64,000 bases of DNA from a phage. Within the stretch, counting starts at the first letter, position 1. Every line of letters begins with the position of its first letter. Both the position numbers and the translations under genes were made by a program. Below the pieces are notes generated by a model that saw only the letters and a program-made list of their open reading frames with translations, was not told the DNA's origin and made no database searches. The stretch is taken from the sequence record NC_135728.1; one strand, given 5' to 3'. Shown piece after piece: positions 29,905 to 36,839 of this stretch.

Positions 29905-29950
29905 TTTAAAGGTTCCTTTCGTTTGTATATGTTTAAAGTATAACTAAAGG

Positions 29951-30027
29951 TGGTCTCCACGGAGTGATTCGAACACTCGACCTCCTGATCCCAAATCAGG
30001 CGCTCTACCAAGCTGAGCTACGCGGAG
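29951..30027 (-). tRNA. tRNA-Pro (anticodon UGG)
   Basis: Manual fold: acceptor CTCCGCG/CGTGGAG, D-arm GCTCAGCTTGGTAGAGC, anticodon loop TTTGGGA, T-loop TTCGAAT, encoded CCA. Confidence 0.8.
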
Positions 30028-30038
30028 TATTTATAATT

Positions 30039-30113
30039 TGGTGGCCCTGGGTGGAATTGAACCACCATCTGGCGATTATGAGTCGCTTGCTTGAACCTTC
30101 CAGCTACAGGGCC
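30039..30113 (-). tRNA. tRNA-Met (anticodon CAU; could alternatively be a lysidine-modified Ile2-type)
   Basis: Manual fold: acceptor GGCCCTG/CAGGGCC, anticodon loop CTCATAA, T-arm GGTGGTTCAATTCCACC, encoded CCA. Confidence 0.75.
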
Positions 30114-30114
30114 A

Positions 30115-30190
30115 TGGTGCTGATGGCAGGACTTGAACCTGCAACCTATTGATTACAAATCAATTGCACTGCCAATTGTGCTACATCAGC
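30115..30190 (-). tRNA. tRNA-Thr (anticodon UGU)
   Basis: Manual fold: acceptor GCTGATG/CATCAGC, anticodon stem ATTGA/TCAAT with loop TTTGTAA, T-arm GCAGGTTCAAGTCCTGC, encoded CCA. Confidence 0.85.
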
Positions 30191-30196
30191 AAAAAG

Positions 30197-30294
30197 GTGC
30201 TAGGCGGTGGAATCGAACCACCTATGTATTCAACGACTACCTCGTCTATTTTCAGGATTAAAAATCCTCGCCCTTGCCAAAGGGCTTACCTAGC
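30197..30294 (-). tRNA. atypical tRNA-like gene (about 98 nt; canonical acceptor and T-arm, aberrant anticodon/variable region, CCA not fully encoded)
   Basis: Acceptor GCTAGGT/GCCTAGC and T-arm GGTGG-TTCGATT-CCACC are canonical; only a 4-bp AGGA/TCCT stem with loop TTTTTAA and a ~30-nt region before the T-arm; positions 8-9 are AA. Confidence 0.4.
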
Positions 30295-30392
30295 TCAGTA
30301 TGTTGACCATGTTGCTAGTCGGCGATGACGACTGTAACATTTGATAATCCGGTTCTGCTTCCGGCTTTCGCTTAATTACAAGGTCAACAATG

Positions 30393-30483
30393 TGGCGGAG
30401 AGTAATGGAATCGAACCATCATCGAGTCATCCTCAATGGGACGGTTTTCAAGACCGCTTGAGCACCATTGCTCCCTACCCTCC
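30393..30483 (-). tRNA. tRNA-Ser (anticodon UGA), class II with long variable arm
   Basis: Manual fold: acceptor GGAGGGT/ACTCTCC, anticodon stem GCGGT/ACCGT with loop CTTGAAA, long variable arm, T-loop TTCGATT, encoded CCA. Confidence 0.75.
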
Positions 30484-30598
30484 TTTATAAATTATACTGA
30501 TAATGACACTGATTTTCGAGCAGTTAGTGACTAGTATAAACGACGATAAATATCAATGCCATTATCTGTATTATTTACGCATCTAAAAAATATAAATT

Positions 30599-30685
30599 TG
30601 GTGGGGAGTGGTGGAGTCGAACCACCCGAGTCGCAATGACAATAGATTTACAGTCTACACCGCTACCTCTACGGGATAACTCCCC
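30599..30685 (-). tRNA. tRNA-Tyr (anticodon GUA), class II
   Basis: Manual fold: acceptor GGGGAGT/ACTCCCC, anticodon stem GTAGA/TCTAT with loop CTGTAAA, T-arm GGTGGTTCGACTCCACC, encoded CCA. Confidence 0.8.
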
Positions 30686-30689
30686 AATT

Positions 30690-30764
30690 TGGCACCCCGT
30701 ACTGGACTCGAACCAGTGTCAACGGCTTAGAAGGCCGCTGCTTTATCCACTAAGCTAACAGGGC
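30690..30764 (-). tRNA. tRNA-Arg (anticodon UCU)
   Basis: Manual fold: D-arm GCTTAGTGGATAAAGC, anticodon stem GCGGC/GCCGT with loop CTTCTAA, T-arm ACTGGTTCGAGTCCAGT, encoded CCA. Confidence 0.8.
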
Positions 30765-30822
30765 ACTGGGTGGCTTTCTTTTACACCTTAGCCGCCAGAA
30801 AAGGTGGGAGACCATGTTTACA

Positions 30823-30852
30823 ATATTACACTGTTAAGCAAAGTTTGTCAAG
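30823..30852 (-). promoter_or_regulatory. sigma70-like promoter upstream of the tRNA cluster
   Basis: Minus-strand TTGACA (plus 30847-30852), 17-18 bp spacer, TAATAT (plus 30823-30828). Confidence 0.5.
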
Positions 30853-30860
30853 AAAATATT

Positions 30861-31199
30861 TTAGCTATTGCTAACAGGCTGTATTTCTGTAGTAAATGGC
30901 ATAAAAGGTGCTGGTTTTTCAGCCTCTTCTACTACCACCTCTTCCTCTTCACCAAACATCTCATCATATTCTTCCTGCATTCGGTCTGCCTTATCAAGAA
31001 CATACTCTGCAATGCTTTGACGAATATTTTGTTTGGTTTTCGGGTCCAACATCAGCTCTCTTAAAACTTTGTGAGCTTCTGGAACCATCGCTATGAAAGA
31101 TTCCTTCATATCAAGGATGTTCTTCTCTAGCTGAATGGCGTTGGACTCCTCTTTCAGAGGTCTGCCTCTACGGCGACGCTTTTTAGTTGTATCCGCCAT
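30861..31199 (-). CDS. small AT-hook-like DNA-binding protein with acidic C-terminal tail (112 aa)
   Basis: Start chosen at internal Met (MADTTKKRRRRGRPLK) with GGAGG RBS 6 nt upstream and its own promoter; RGRP AT-hook motif; C-terminus EEYDEMFGEEEEVVVEEAE. Confidence 0.55.
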   Translation of the reverse strand: MADTTKKRRRRGRPLKEESNAIQLEKNILDMKESFIAMVPEAHKVLRELMLDPKTKQNIRQSIAEYVLDKADRMQEEYDEMFGEEEEVVVEEAEKPAPFMPFTTEIQPVSNS

Positions 31200-31227
31200 G
31201 TTTCCTCCATTATCACGTGATAGGTGG

Positions 31228-31256
31228 ATTTTATCATAGCAAATACTGATTGTCAA
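31228..31256 (-). promoter_or_regulatory. sigma70-like promoter for the AT-hook protein gene
   Basis: Minus-strand TTGACA, 17-bp spacer, TAAAAT, followed by GGAGG and ATG. Confidence 0.55.
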
Positions 31257-31545
31257 GTTCGCCGCAGGGTGGTATTCCCTGCGACTTGTCCAGCGTCCTG
31301 GACCAGCAAGACCCAACAAGTGGGTTACCAGAGGCCTATTACCCGCGCTTCGGCCCGACCTTGTTACAGGTTGGCTGGGGTCACATCGTCATGTGCTGGC
31401 TGCCCCTACCATTTTAAGTGTGGTGCACTATCAAGCCCTCTGAGGGGAACTCAGCTTTCTCCGAACCCTGTTTCAAAGCATCCGGAGATAAAGCCATCAA
31501 ATTCATCTTTAAATTGGATATTCATCATGATACACGAAAACAACC

Positions 31546-31788
31546 TCATTGTAAAGCACAAATAAATAAAACATACTTAATTTGTTTGTTATCAGGCTCA
31601 GGGTAGAAGTAGAAGATCTTGCTATCACCGATCTGAACACCACCATCCCAACAGCATAGCCCATAACCTGTATTCATACAAGCTAAGTCGTTGGCAAAAT
31701 CTATTGCATCATCCAGTGCACGAAATTCACCTTCATCTTCTAAATAATCCTCATTCATGGAACGAAAAACGAGCTTAACCTTAAACAT
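31546..31788 (-). CDS. hypothetical protein (80 aa)
   Basis: ORF track. Confidence 0.4.
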   Translation of the reverse strand: MFKVKLVFRSMNEDYLEDEGEFRALDDAIDFANDLACMNTGYGLCCWDGGVQIGDSKIFYFYPEPDNKQIKYVLFICALQ

Positions 31789-31864
31789 AGCATTACCTGT
31801 AGACCTCGTAAGTTAAAATTGCATCACATCATATTGCAGATCTTATCAGGTAACACTATTTTTG

Positions 31865-32074
31865 TCAACAGATTCCGGCCTTATCCTTCCTGTCTGCGTA
31901 TTCTTTAATCGCAACCTCATCTGCATTAGTGACCAGGTCTTCAAAGTAACTCTCAAGCTCCTCATCAATGTCAGGAGACCAGCTCTTTTTCCTGTCAGTG
32001 TGAATTGCAGACTTGTTGAACTTATTACAGTTCTTTGCTACCGGGTTGTTCATTAAGCGCTCCTCAGCGTTCAT
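31865..32074 (-). CDS. hypothetical protein (69 aa)
   Basis: ORF track; overlaps the start of the downstream gene. Confidence 0.35.
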   Translation of the reverse strand: MNAEERLMNNPVAKNCNKFNKSAIHTDRKKSWSPDIDEELESYFEDLVTNADEVAIKEYADRKDKAGIC

Positions 32075-32642
32075 AGTAAATCTTATTTAACATTACCTCA
32101 TCTTTTGCAGAAAGAATACCGAAATATGCATCACCGAATCTACCTGCAACAACCTCTGCATGATACATCACTTCGTTAATATCGTCAAGAGTGATAACTG
32201 GATGACCGTATCTCTCTGAGTATTGTCTCAGAGTGCGATGTAGAGAGTCATCATCATAGGCAGACTTTTTAATATCGCAAACACGACGAATAGCCTTGAT
32301 GTCGAAAAACCCTGTACGATACCAACCAAGAAAAAGGTTTCGTGCAGTGTCAACATCTACATCAATACCATCAAGAACCTTATCTACAAGATAGCTGTCA
32401 TCCTTTGGACCTGCTTCCTTAGTGCGAATGTAGTTGCCATCTTTTCCAGGTGACAGCTCCTTCTCATCACCAACCTGCATGCCATCATTTGGCGGTGTTA
32501 ACCACTTATCCGGATGCTTACGATCACGAGCGTTAGAATGATTACGCTGGAAACCTGGCTTCCACTTGAAAGTTTTCTCCATCTGTTCTTCATTCTGATA
32601 ACGTTTTGCAATCTTTTCACGGTCATCTTTGCGTGGACTCAT
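32064..32642 (-). CDS. hypothetical protein (192 aa)
   Basis: ORF track; GGAGG RBS upstream of ATG. Confidence 0.5.
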   Translation of the reverse strand: MSPRKDDREKIAKRYQNEEQMEKTFKWKPGFQRNHSNARDRKHPDKWLTPPNDGMQVGDEKELSPGKDGNYIRTKEAGPKDDSYLVDKVLDGIDVDVDTARNLFLGWYRTGFFDIKAIRRVCDIKKSAYDDDSLHRTLRQYSERYGHPVITLDDINEVMYHAEVVAGRFGDAYFGILSAKDEVMLNKIYYER

Positions 32643-33145
32643 AGCTGCCTCCTCTTCAAGTTATAGAAAAACTCACTGTATCGCTTTGTAACGAGCTTTT
32701 CTATCAAACTGGTGCGATTGCCTTACTTGGTATAGTTTATATGGCTGTGGAGCGATTTAGGGGCCTCATTGTCCGTTTCCACACATAAACTTTATCCAAA
32801 CTCGCGCGGGAATCTCTCAACCGACTCCTTACGGCGCTGGCAAGCTTTCGTCGGTGGTCCACATTAGTGCTCGGCCTTTGGCCTGCGCTATCGCTTCGCT
32901 CCCACACATGTTAACAGACCTGCATGTATGCACTTCTGTTATTGTGTGCACTATGGAGGCCCGGCATCTCGCCCCTCGTAGGCGAGTGCCAATGAAGGGC
33001 CGACACTACCTATAGAAAGTAATAAATTTAAAACATGGTACTTAGGATCTAGTATATTCTACATAAGTTAAGTATATGTACTTAGTACCATAAGTACTAG
33101 ATCTTTTATTTTTTATTATTTAGTTATTTTAGTTATATTCTTTAT

Positions 33146-33228
33146 GTGTCCGTATCACGGACAGTTAGTGTCCGTATCACGGACAGATGTGTCCGCGTGA
33201 CGGACAGTAGTGTCCGTATCACGGACAG
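33146..33228. repeat. array of four ~19-bp palindromic repeats (GTGTCCGTATCACGGACAG) at 21-22 bp spacing
   Basis: Copies at 33146-33164, 33168-33186, 33189-33207 (centre variant GCGTG) and 33210-33228; half-sites TGTCCG/CGGACA are perfect inverted repeats. Confidence 0.85.
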
Positions 33229-33302
33229 TTAATAGTTTCTGTTCCATGGTGAACATAAAACATACAAATCCTTATAGTACAGATATTTAAGTTTTTACTG
33301 GT

Positions 33303-33653
33303 CTAACCAGTTGTTGACATTCGAATAACTTCTTCTGGTGGCAAAACTTTGGAAAATGTGCATCTTTTACCTCTCCCTTGTGTGGATGTTTCAACAACTC
33401 CTGCACATTCTAAAGTTTTAACGCACGCTGCTGCTTTTGTTTTCTTTATCCCAACATCTGCTGCAATTTTCCTTGTGCTTGGTGTGAAGTGTGAATTTCC
33501 TCCAAGCTTATACCAGTTGTGCAGGTAGCAGTATACAATCTTGTCATACAAGTCAAGAACAACAACCTCCCCAGTTGTGTCATTCAAAACTTTTGACATA
33601 GATAGTATTTCAAGGGGGACTTTAAGATATAGCAGCTTATCCCCATCTTTCAT
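33303..33653 (-). CDS. putative DNA-binding protein (116 aa)
   Basis: ORF track; helix-turn-helix-like segment (TPSTRKIAADVGIKKTKAAACVKTLECAGVV); 75 bp from the palindromic repeat array. Confidence 0.4.
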   Translation of the reverse strand: MKDGDKLLYLKVPLEILSMSKVLNDTTGEVVVLDLYDKIVYCYLHNWYKLGGNSHFTPSTRKIAADVGIKKTKAAACVKTLECAGVVETSTQGRGKRCTFSKVLPPEEVIRMSTTG

Positions 33654-33700
33654 ATCTCCTGATTCTCCTTGTGTGGCAATTTTCTTTAAAATAGCAGGGA

Positions 33701-34255
33701 TTACTCCCTGCTGTCAATATCAAAACTCATTGCAATACGGTATGCCTCTTCTAATGGTAAGAGTCTCCCCCACACATCCCAACCGACATCAAACTGTCTA
33801 CCAAACAACTGTTGTGTGGTTCCGTGAGCATGACCGAACAGTTGGACTGATCCGTGATGCTTTCTGTTCCACGTTGCAAACTGGTAATGGCTCATACAGA
33901 TCAAATTCTTGTTGTGGCGAAGCTCGTAATAATCTACAACCTCATGACCGAACTCTTTCATAATTCTGACAGTCGTCCTTGTGTCATGGTTGCCACGAAC
34001 AAGAATAATATGTCCGTTCAACATATTTAGAATATCTGGAAGTAAGTTGTTGATATTCTTATCATTAGTGCACGCAATATCTCCCAGGTGGAACACAGTG
34101 TCTGCAGGTGACACAACTGAGTTCCACTCGGTGATGATTCCCGCATTCATACTGTCAAGATTGTGATCATATTGAGATCTGTGTTTTTGACATGAATCAA
34201 ACTCCATGACCCGCTGGTGGAGAAAGTGCGTATCGCTTGTTACAAAGTATTTCAT
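33701..34255 (-). CDS. calcineurin-like metallophosphoesterase (putative RNA 2',3'-phosphatase of an RNA-repair set)
   Basis: Motifs DTHF, GDIA, GNHD, GHAH; start set at internal Met with GAGGAA RBS just after the kinase stop. Confidence 0.65.
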   Translation of the reverse strand: MKYFVTSDTHFLHQRVMEFDSCQKHRSQYDHNLDSMNAGIITEWNSVVSPADTVFHLGDIACTNDKNINNLLPDILNMLNGHIILVRGNHDTRTTVRIMKEFGHEVVDYYELRHNKNLICMSHYQFATWNRKHHGSVQLFGHAHGTTQQLFGRQFDVGWDVWGRLLPLEEAYRIAMSFDIDSRE

Positions 34256-34262
34256 ACATTCC

Positions 34263-34673
34263 TCATTTAAGTTTAATGCAGTTTTTAAGCTGGCGTTCCA
34301 TACGATCCACAACCTTGTCTGGAACATCATGAATGCTTTTATTACCGTGGCGGTTTTCAACCACGATTACGGTATAACTATACCCATGACTGATTGCCAT
34401 GTCAACATATTCCTGCACATGTTTTTCTTTTGTAAACGTATTACTTACCACGATACGGTCGTATCCCATACACATCATATCTTCTACGTTATCTTTGCAC
34501 CATTTTGCTGCGAGTGTTACTTTACTTGCATCCCAGTTGTAATTGCCGTCATCGTCATACCAAAACATGTCATTCTCAAAATGTGGATACAGACCTTCTA
34601 AAGATAGCGCATTTGCCAGTGTTGATTTGCCAGACCCTGGCAGACCACGCACGATATATAGCATTTTAGACAT
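34263..34673 (-). CDS. P-loop polynucleotide kinase-like protein
   Basis: Walker A GLPGSGKST near the N-terminus; start at Met of MSKMLYIVRG with GGAGG RBS 7 nt upstream; ORF-track N-terminal extension judged spurious. Confidence 0.6.
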   Translation of the reverse strand: MSKMLYIVRGLPGSGKSTLANALSLEGLYPHFENDMFWYDDDGNYNWDASKVTLAAKWCKDNVEDMMCMGYDRIVVSNTFTKEKHVQEYVDMAISHGYSYTVIVVENRHGNKSIHDVPDKVVDRMERQLKNCIKLK

Positions 34674-34773
34674 AGCAATCCTCCGTTTTAATTTTAATGA
34701 TAGTATACCTAACTGTTTTGTTAATTTCAAGTGTTGACACCAGGTTGTTTGTGTGGCAGGATAGACTGACAAA

Positions 34774-35709
34774 ATGACAAATGAGGAACGTATGATGAAG
34801 TATTTTAATGCAGATGACCTAGTAGACAAAGGTCTTGTAACCAGTCGGTATTATCCAGATCTTGGATTAAAGATCTATAAATATGCCAGAAAAGTATTCT
34901 ACAACAATCTGTGGCATTTGTCTCCGCGTTTACTGGAGTGCCGAGGTATTGTTGTTGGCAATGAGGGGAATGTTGTGGCATGGCCTTTCACAAAAGTATT
35001 CAACTTAGGAGAAAACTCCACCAACCTACCGGACAGTAAACTTGTTACTGCGGTAGAGAAAAAGAACGGATTCCTCGGTGTGGTATCATCTCATAAAGGT
35101 GAACTATTGTTCTCAACAACCGGGTCTCTTGATTCCCCATATTGTAACCTCGCAAAAGAAACCATCAGGGAGCAATGTGGTAATTTAGATCTTATCAAGA
35201 AGGTTATGGGCAATGAAAACATGACATTCATGTTTGAAATTTGCCACCCTTCAGATCCGCATATTGTTCAGGAAGATCATGGCGCATATTTGATAGGTTG
35301 CAGATATAATGATTCTGGAATAATGCTACCAGAAGCAGCTTTAGATGGGATTGCCAAATACCTTGGTGCAAAACGTCCTCACACTGTGCGTGAAATTCCG
35401 TTCAGCTATGCAAAAGAATTAGCTGCAGAAACAAGAGGTGAAGGGTATATGATTCGTAAGCCTTACTACCCTTATGATCTGCAGCTGAAGATCAAGTCTC
35501 CATACTATCTGGCACGGAAGGCAGTAATGAGGGGTAAAGCTTGGAAGATTTGGGATGATGATATCTTTAAACGTGTTGACGAAGAGTTTTACGGTATGGT
35601 AAAATTTATTCGTAGCAACTATACAGAAGATGTGTGGAATTGCTTATTAGAGCAGGAGCGTCGTGAGATACTGGACTACTATTTCCACAACGAGGACTAT
35701 ATGCAATGA
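34774..35709 (+). CDS. RNA ligase, T4 Rnl1-like
   Basis: Stretches resembling T4 RNA ligase 1 as recalled: LECRGI, KVFNLGEN, nucleotidyl-transferase motif I KKNGFL, LFSTTGS. Confidence 0.65.
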   Translation: MTNEERMMKYFNADDLVDKGLVTSRYYPDLGLKIYKYARKVFYNNLWHLSPRLLECRGIVVGNEGNVVAWPFTKVFNLGENSTNLPDSKLVTAVEKKNGFLGVVSSHKGELLFSTTGSLDSPYCNLAKETIREQCGNLDLIKKVMGNENMTFMFEICHPSDPHIVQEDHGAYLIGCRYNDSGIMLPEAALDGIAKYLGAKRPHTVREIPFSYAKELAAETRGEGYMIRKPYYPYDLQLKIKSPYYLARKAVMRGKAWKIWDDDIFKRVDEEFYGMVKFIRSNYTEDVWNCLLEQERREILDYYFHNEDYMQ

Positions 35710-36056
35710 AGAAGTGGATTGTGTGGCTTGATGATTTTAGAGATCCGTCAGATTATGGACTCCCAGACGCTCTGTGGCTAAAGAATTCTTCTGAGTTTAT
35801 GGATTTTCTTAATGATAAGAGAAAGCTCTACAGACGCGTATCTGAGTGGTATTTTGACAATGATCTAGGTGAAGTGCTTGAAGGGTACGACTGCTTCTCT
35901 GCGCTAGAGGAGAAATTTGTATTCGGAAAGCCACCACTTATTGACAACGTGATTATTTTCGTGCATACTTCTAATCCATCGGCAGCTCGTAAATTTATGC
36001 TTGCTGCTGACTCATTCAAGAAGTTTGGAATAGAGATCAAACAAAACATCTACTAA
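35706..36056 (+). CDS. hypothetical protein (116 aa) within the ligase/Sir2 operon
   Basis: ORF track; start overlaps the ligase stop. Confidence 0.5.
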   Translation: MKKWIVWLDDFRDPSDYGLPDALWLKNSSEFMDFLNDKRKLYRRVSEWYFDNDLGEVLEGYDCFSALEEKFVFGKPPLIDNVIIFVHTSNPSAARKFMLAADSFKKFGIEIKQNIY

Positions 36057-36064
36057 GGACATTT

Positions 36065-36826
36065 ATGCGACGACTGATTATTATCTCCGGTGCTGGTTTG
36101 AGCGCTGAATCTGGTATTCCAACTTTCCGATCTGGTAGCACTGCAATGTGGGAGAATTTCAGCATCGATGAGGTGTGCAACATCCACACCTTTGCCAAGA
36201 ACTACTATAAGGTGCATGACTTTTACAATGCACGTCGTGTAGCTCTGGGCAGTGTTGATCCTAACCTTGCACATCTTCGGATCGCTGAGTGGTATTCCCG
36301 CTGGCCTGGTCGTGTGATCAACCTTACCACCAATGTAGATGATTTGCTGGAGCGTGCTGGTGTAAAACATGAAGATATTTTACATGTCCACGGGTATTTG
36401 CCTGAAATCACCTACGAAGATGCTGAAGGTAACGATGTAATTAAAAATATCGGATACACGGAGGTAGATACAGGCAAGTATACCTGGGTTAAGCCTAATG
36501 TAGTGTTCTTCGGTGAGGTTGCTCCTAAGTATACAGACATGTATGACCTGTTGACATCTCTCACAAGCAATGATATGGTGATCCTGGTAGGTTGTTCTAA
36601 CACAGTTATTAATTTTAACTGGGAATTGTTTCCTGCTACTTGTAAAGGCACAAAACTGCTGATTGTAAACAAGTATGACTCGCAGAGTGCAGATGGAAGT
36701 GGCATTTCACGTAGCGACCTTTATCAATATGAGGATCGCGGGATCCCTGTATGGTTTAACGGTGCTGTTGACGCTTTCTCTGATAAAGCATTTATTGAAA
36801 CTGTAGAAAACTTTATGGAACTTTAA
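36065..36826 (+). CDS. Sir2-family (sirtuin-like) NAD-dependent protein lacking the zinc ribbon
   Basis: Sirtuin signatures GAGLSAESGIPTFR, TNVDDLLERAG, HVHG, VVFFGE, ILVGCS; no CxxC pairs between the HG and FFGE motifs. Confidence 0.7.
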   Translation: MRRLIIISGAGLSAESGIPTFRSGSTAMWENFSIDEVCNIHTFAKNYYKVHDFYNARRVALGSVDPNLAHLRIAEWYSRWPGRVINLTTNVDDLLERAGVKHEDILHVHGYLPEITYEDAEGNDVIKNIGYTEVDTGKYTWVKPNVVFFGEVAPKYTDMYDLLTSLTSNDMVILVGCSNTVINFNWELFPATCKGTKLLIVNKYDSQSADGSGISRSDLYQYEDRGIPVWFNGAVDAFSDKAFIETVENFMEL

Positions 36827-36839
36827 AAGGAGACCTTTA

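Noticed and set aside
30301-30392. Possible additional tRNA in the cluster
   Set aside because: No T-loop (TTCRANY) or D-loop consensus and no acceptor pairing; only generic hairpins.
32735-33005. GC-rich island B as a second group I intron
   Set aside because: No P/Q/R/S-like elements in either orientation and no split flanking gene.
33146-33228. Palindromic repeat array as a CRISPR array
   Set aside because: Repeats are 19 bp with only 2-3 bp between them (no spacers), each is itself a palindrome, and no cas genes are present.
34255-34360. N-terminal 35-codon extension of the phosphoesterase ORF
   Set aside because: Overlaps the 3' end of the kinase gene; an internal ATG with RBS at 34255 immediately follows the kinase stop.
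34673-34829. N-terminal 52-codon extension of the kinase ORF (ORF-track start at 34829)
   Set aside because: It overlaps the divergent promoter/RBS region of the ligase gene and precedes a clear GGAGG-ATG start at 34673; the Walker A motif follows the internal Met directly.
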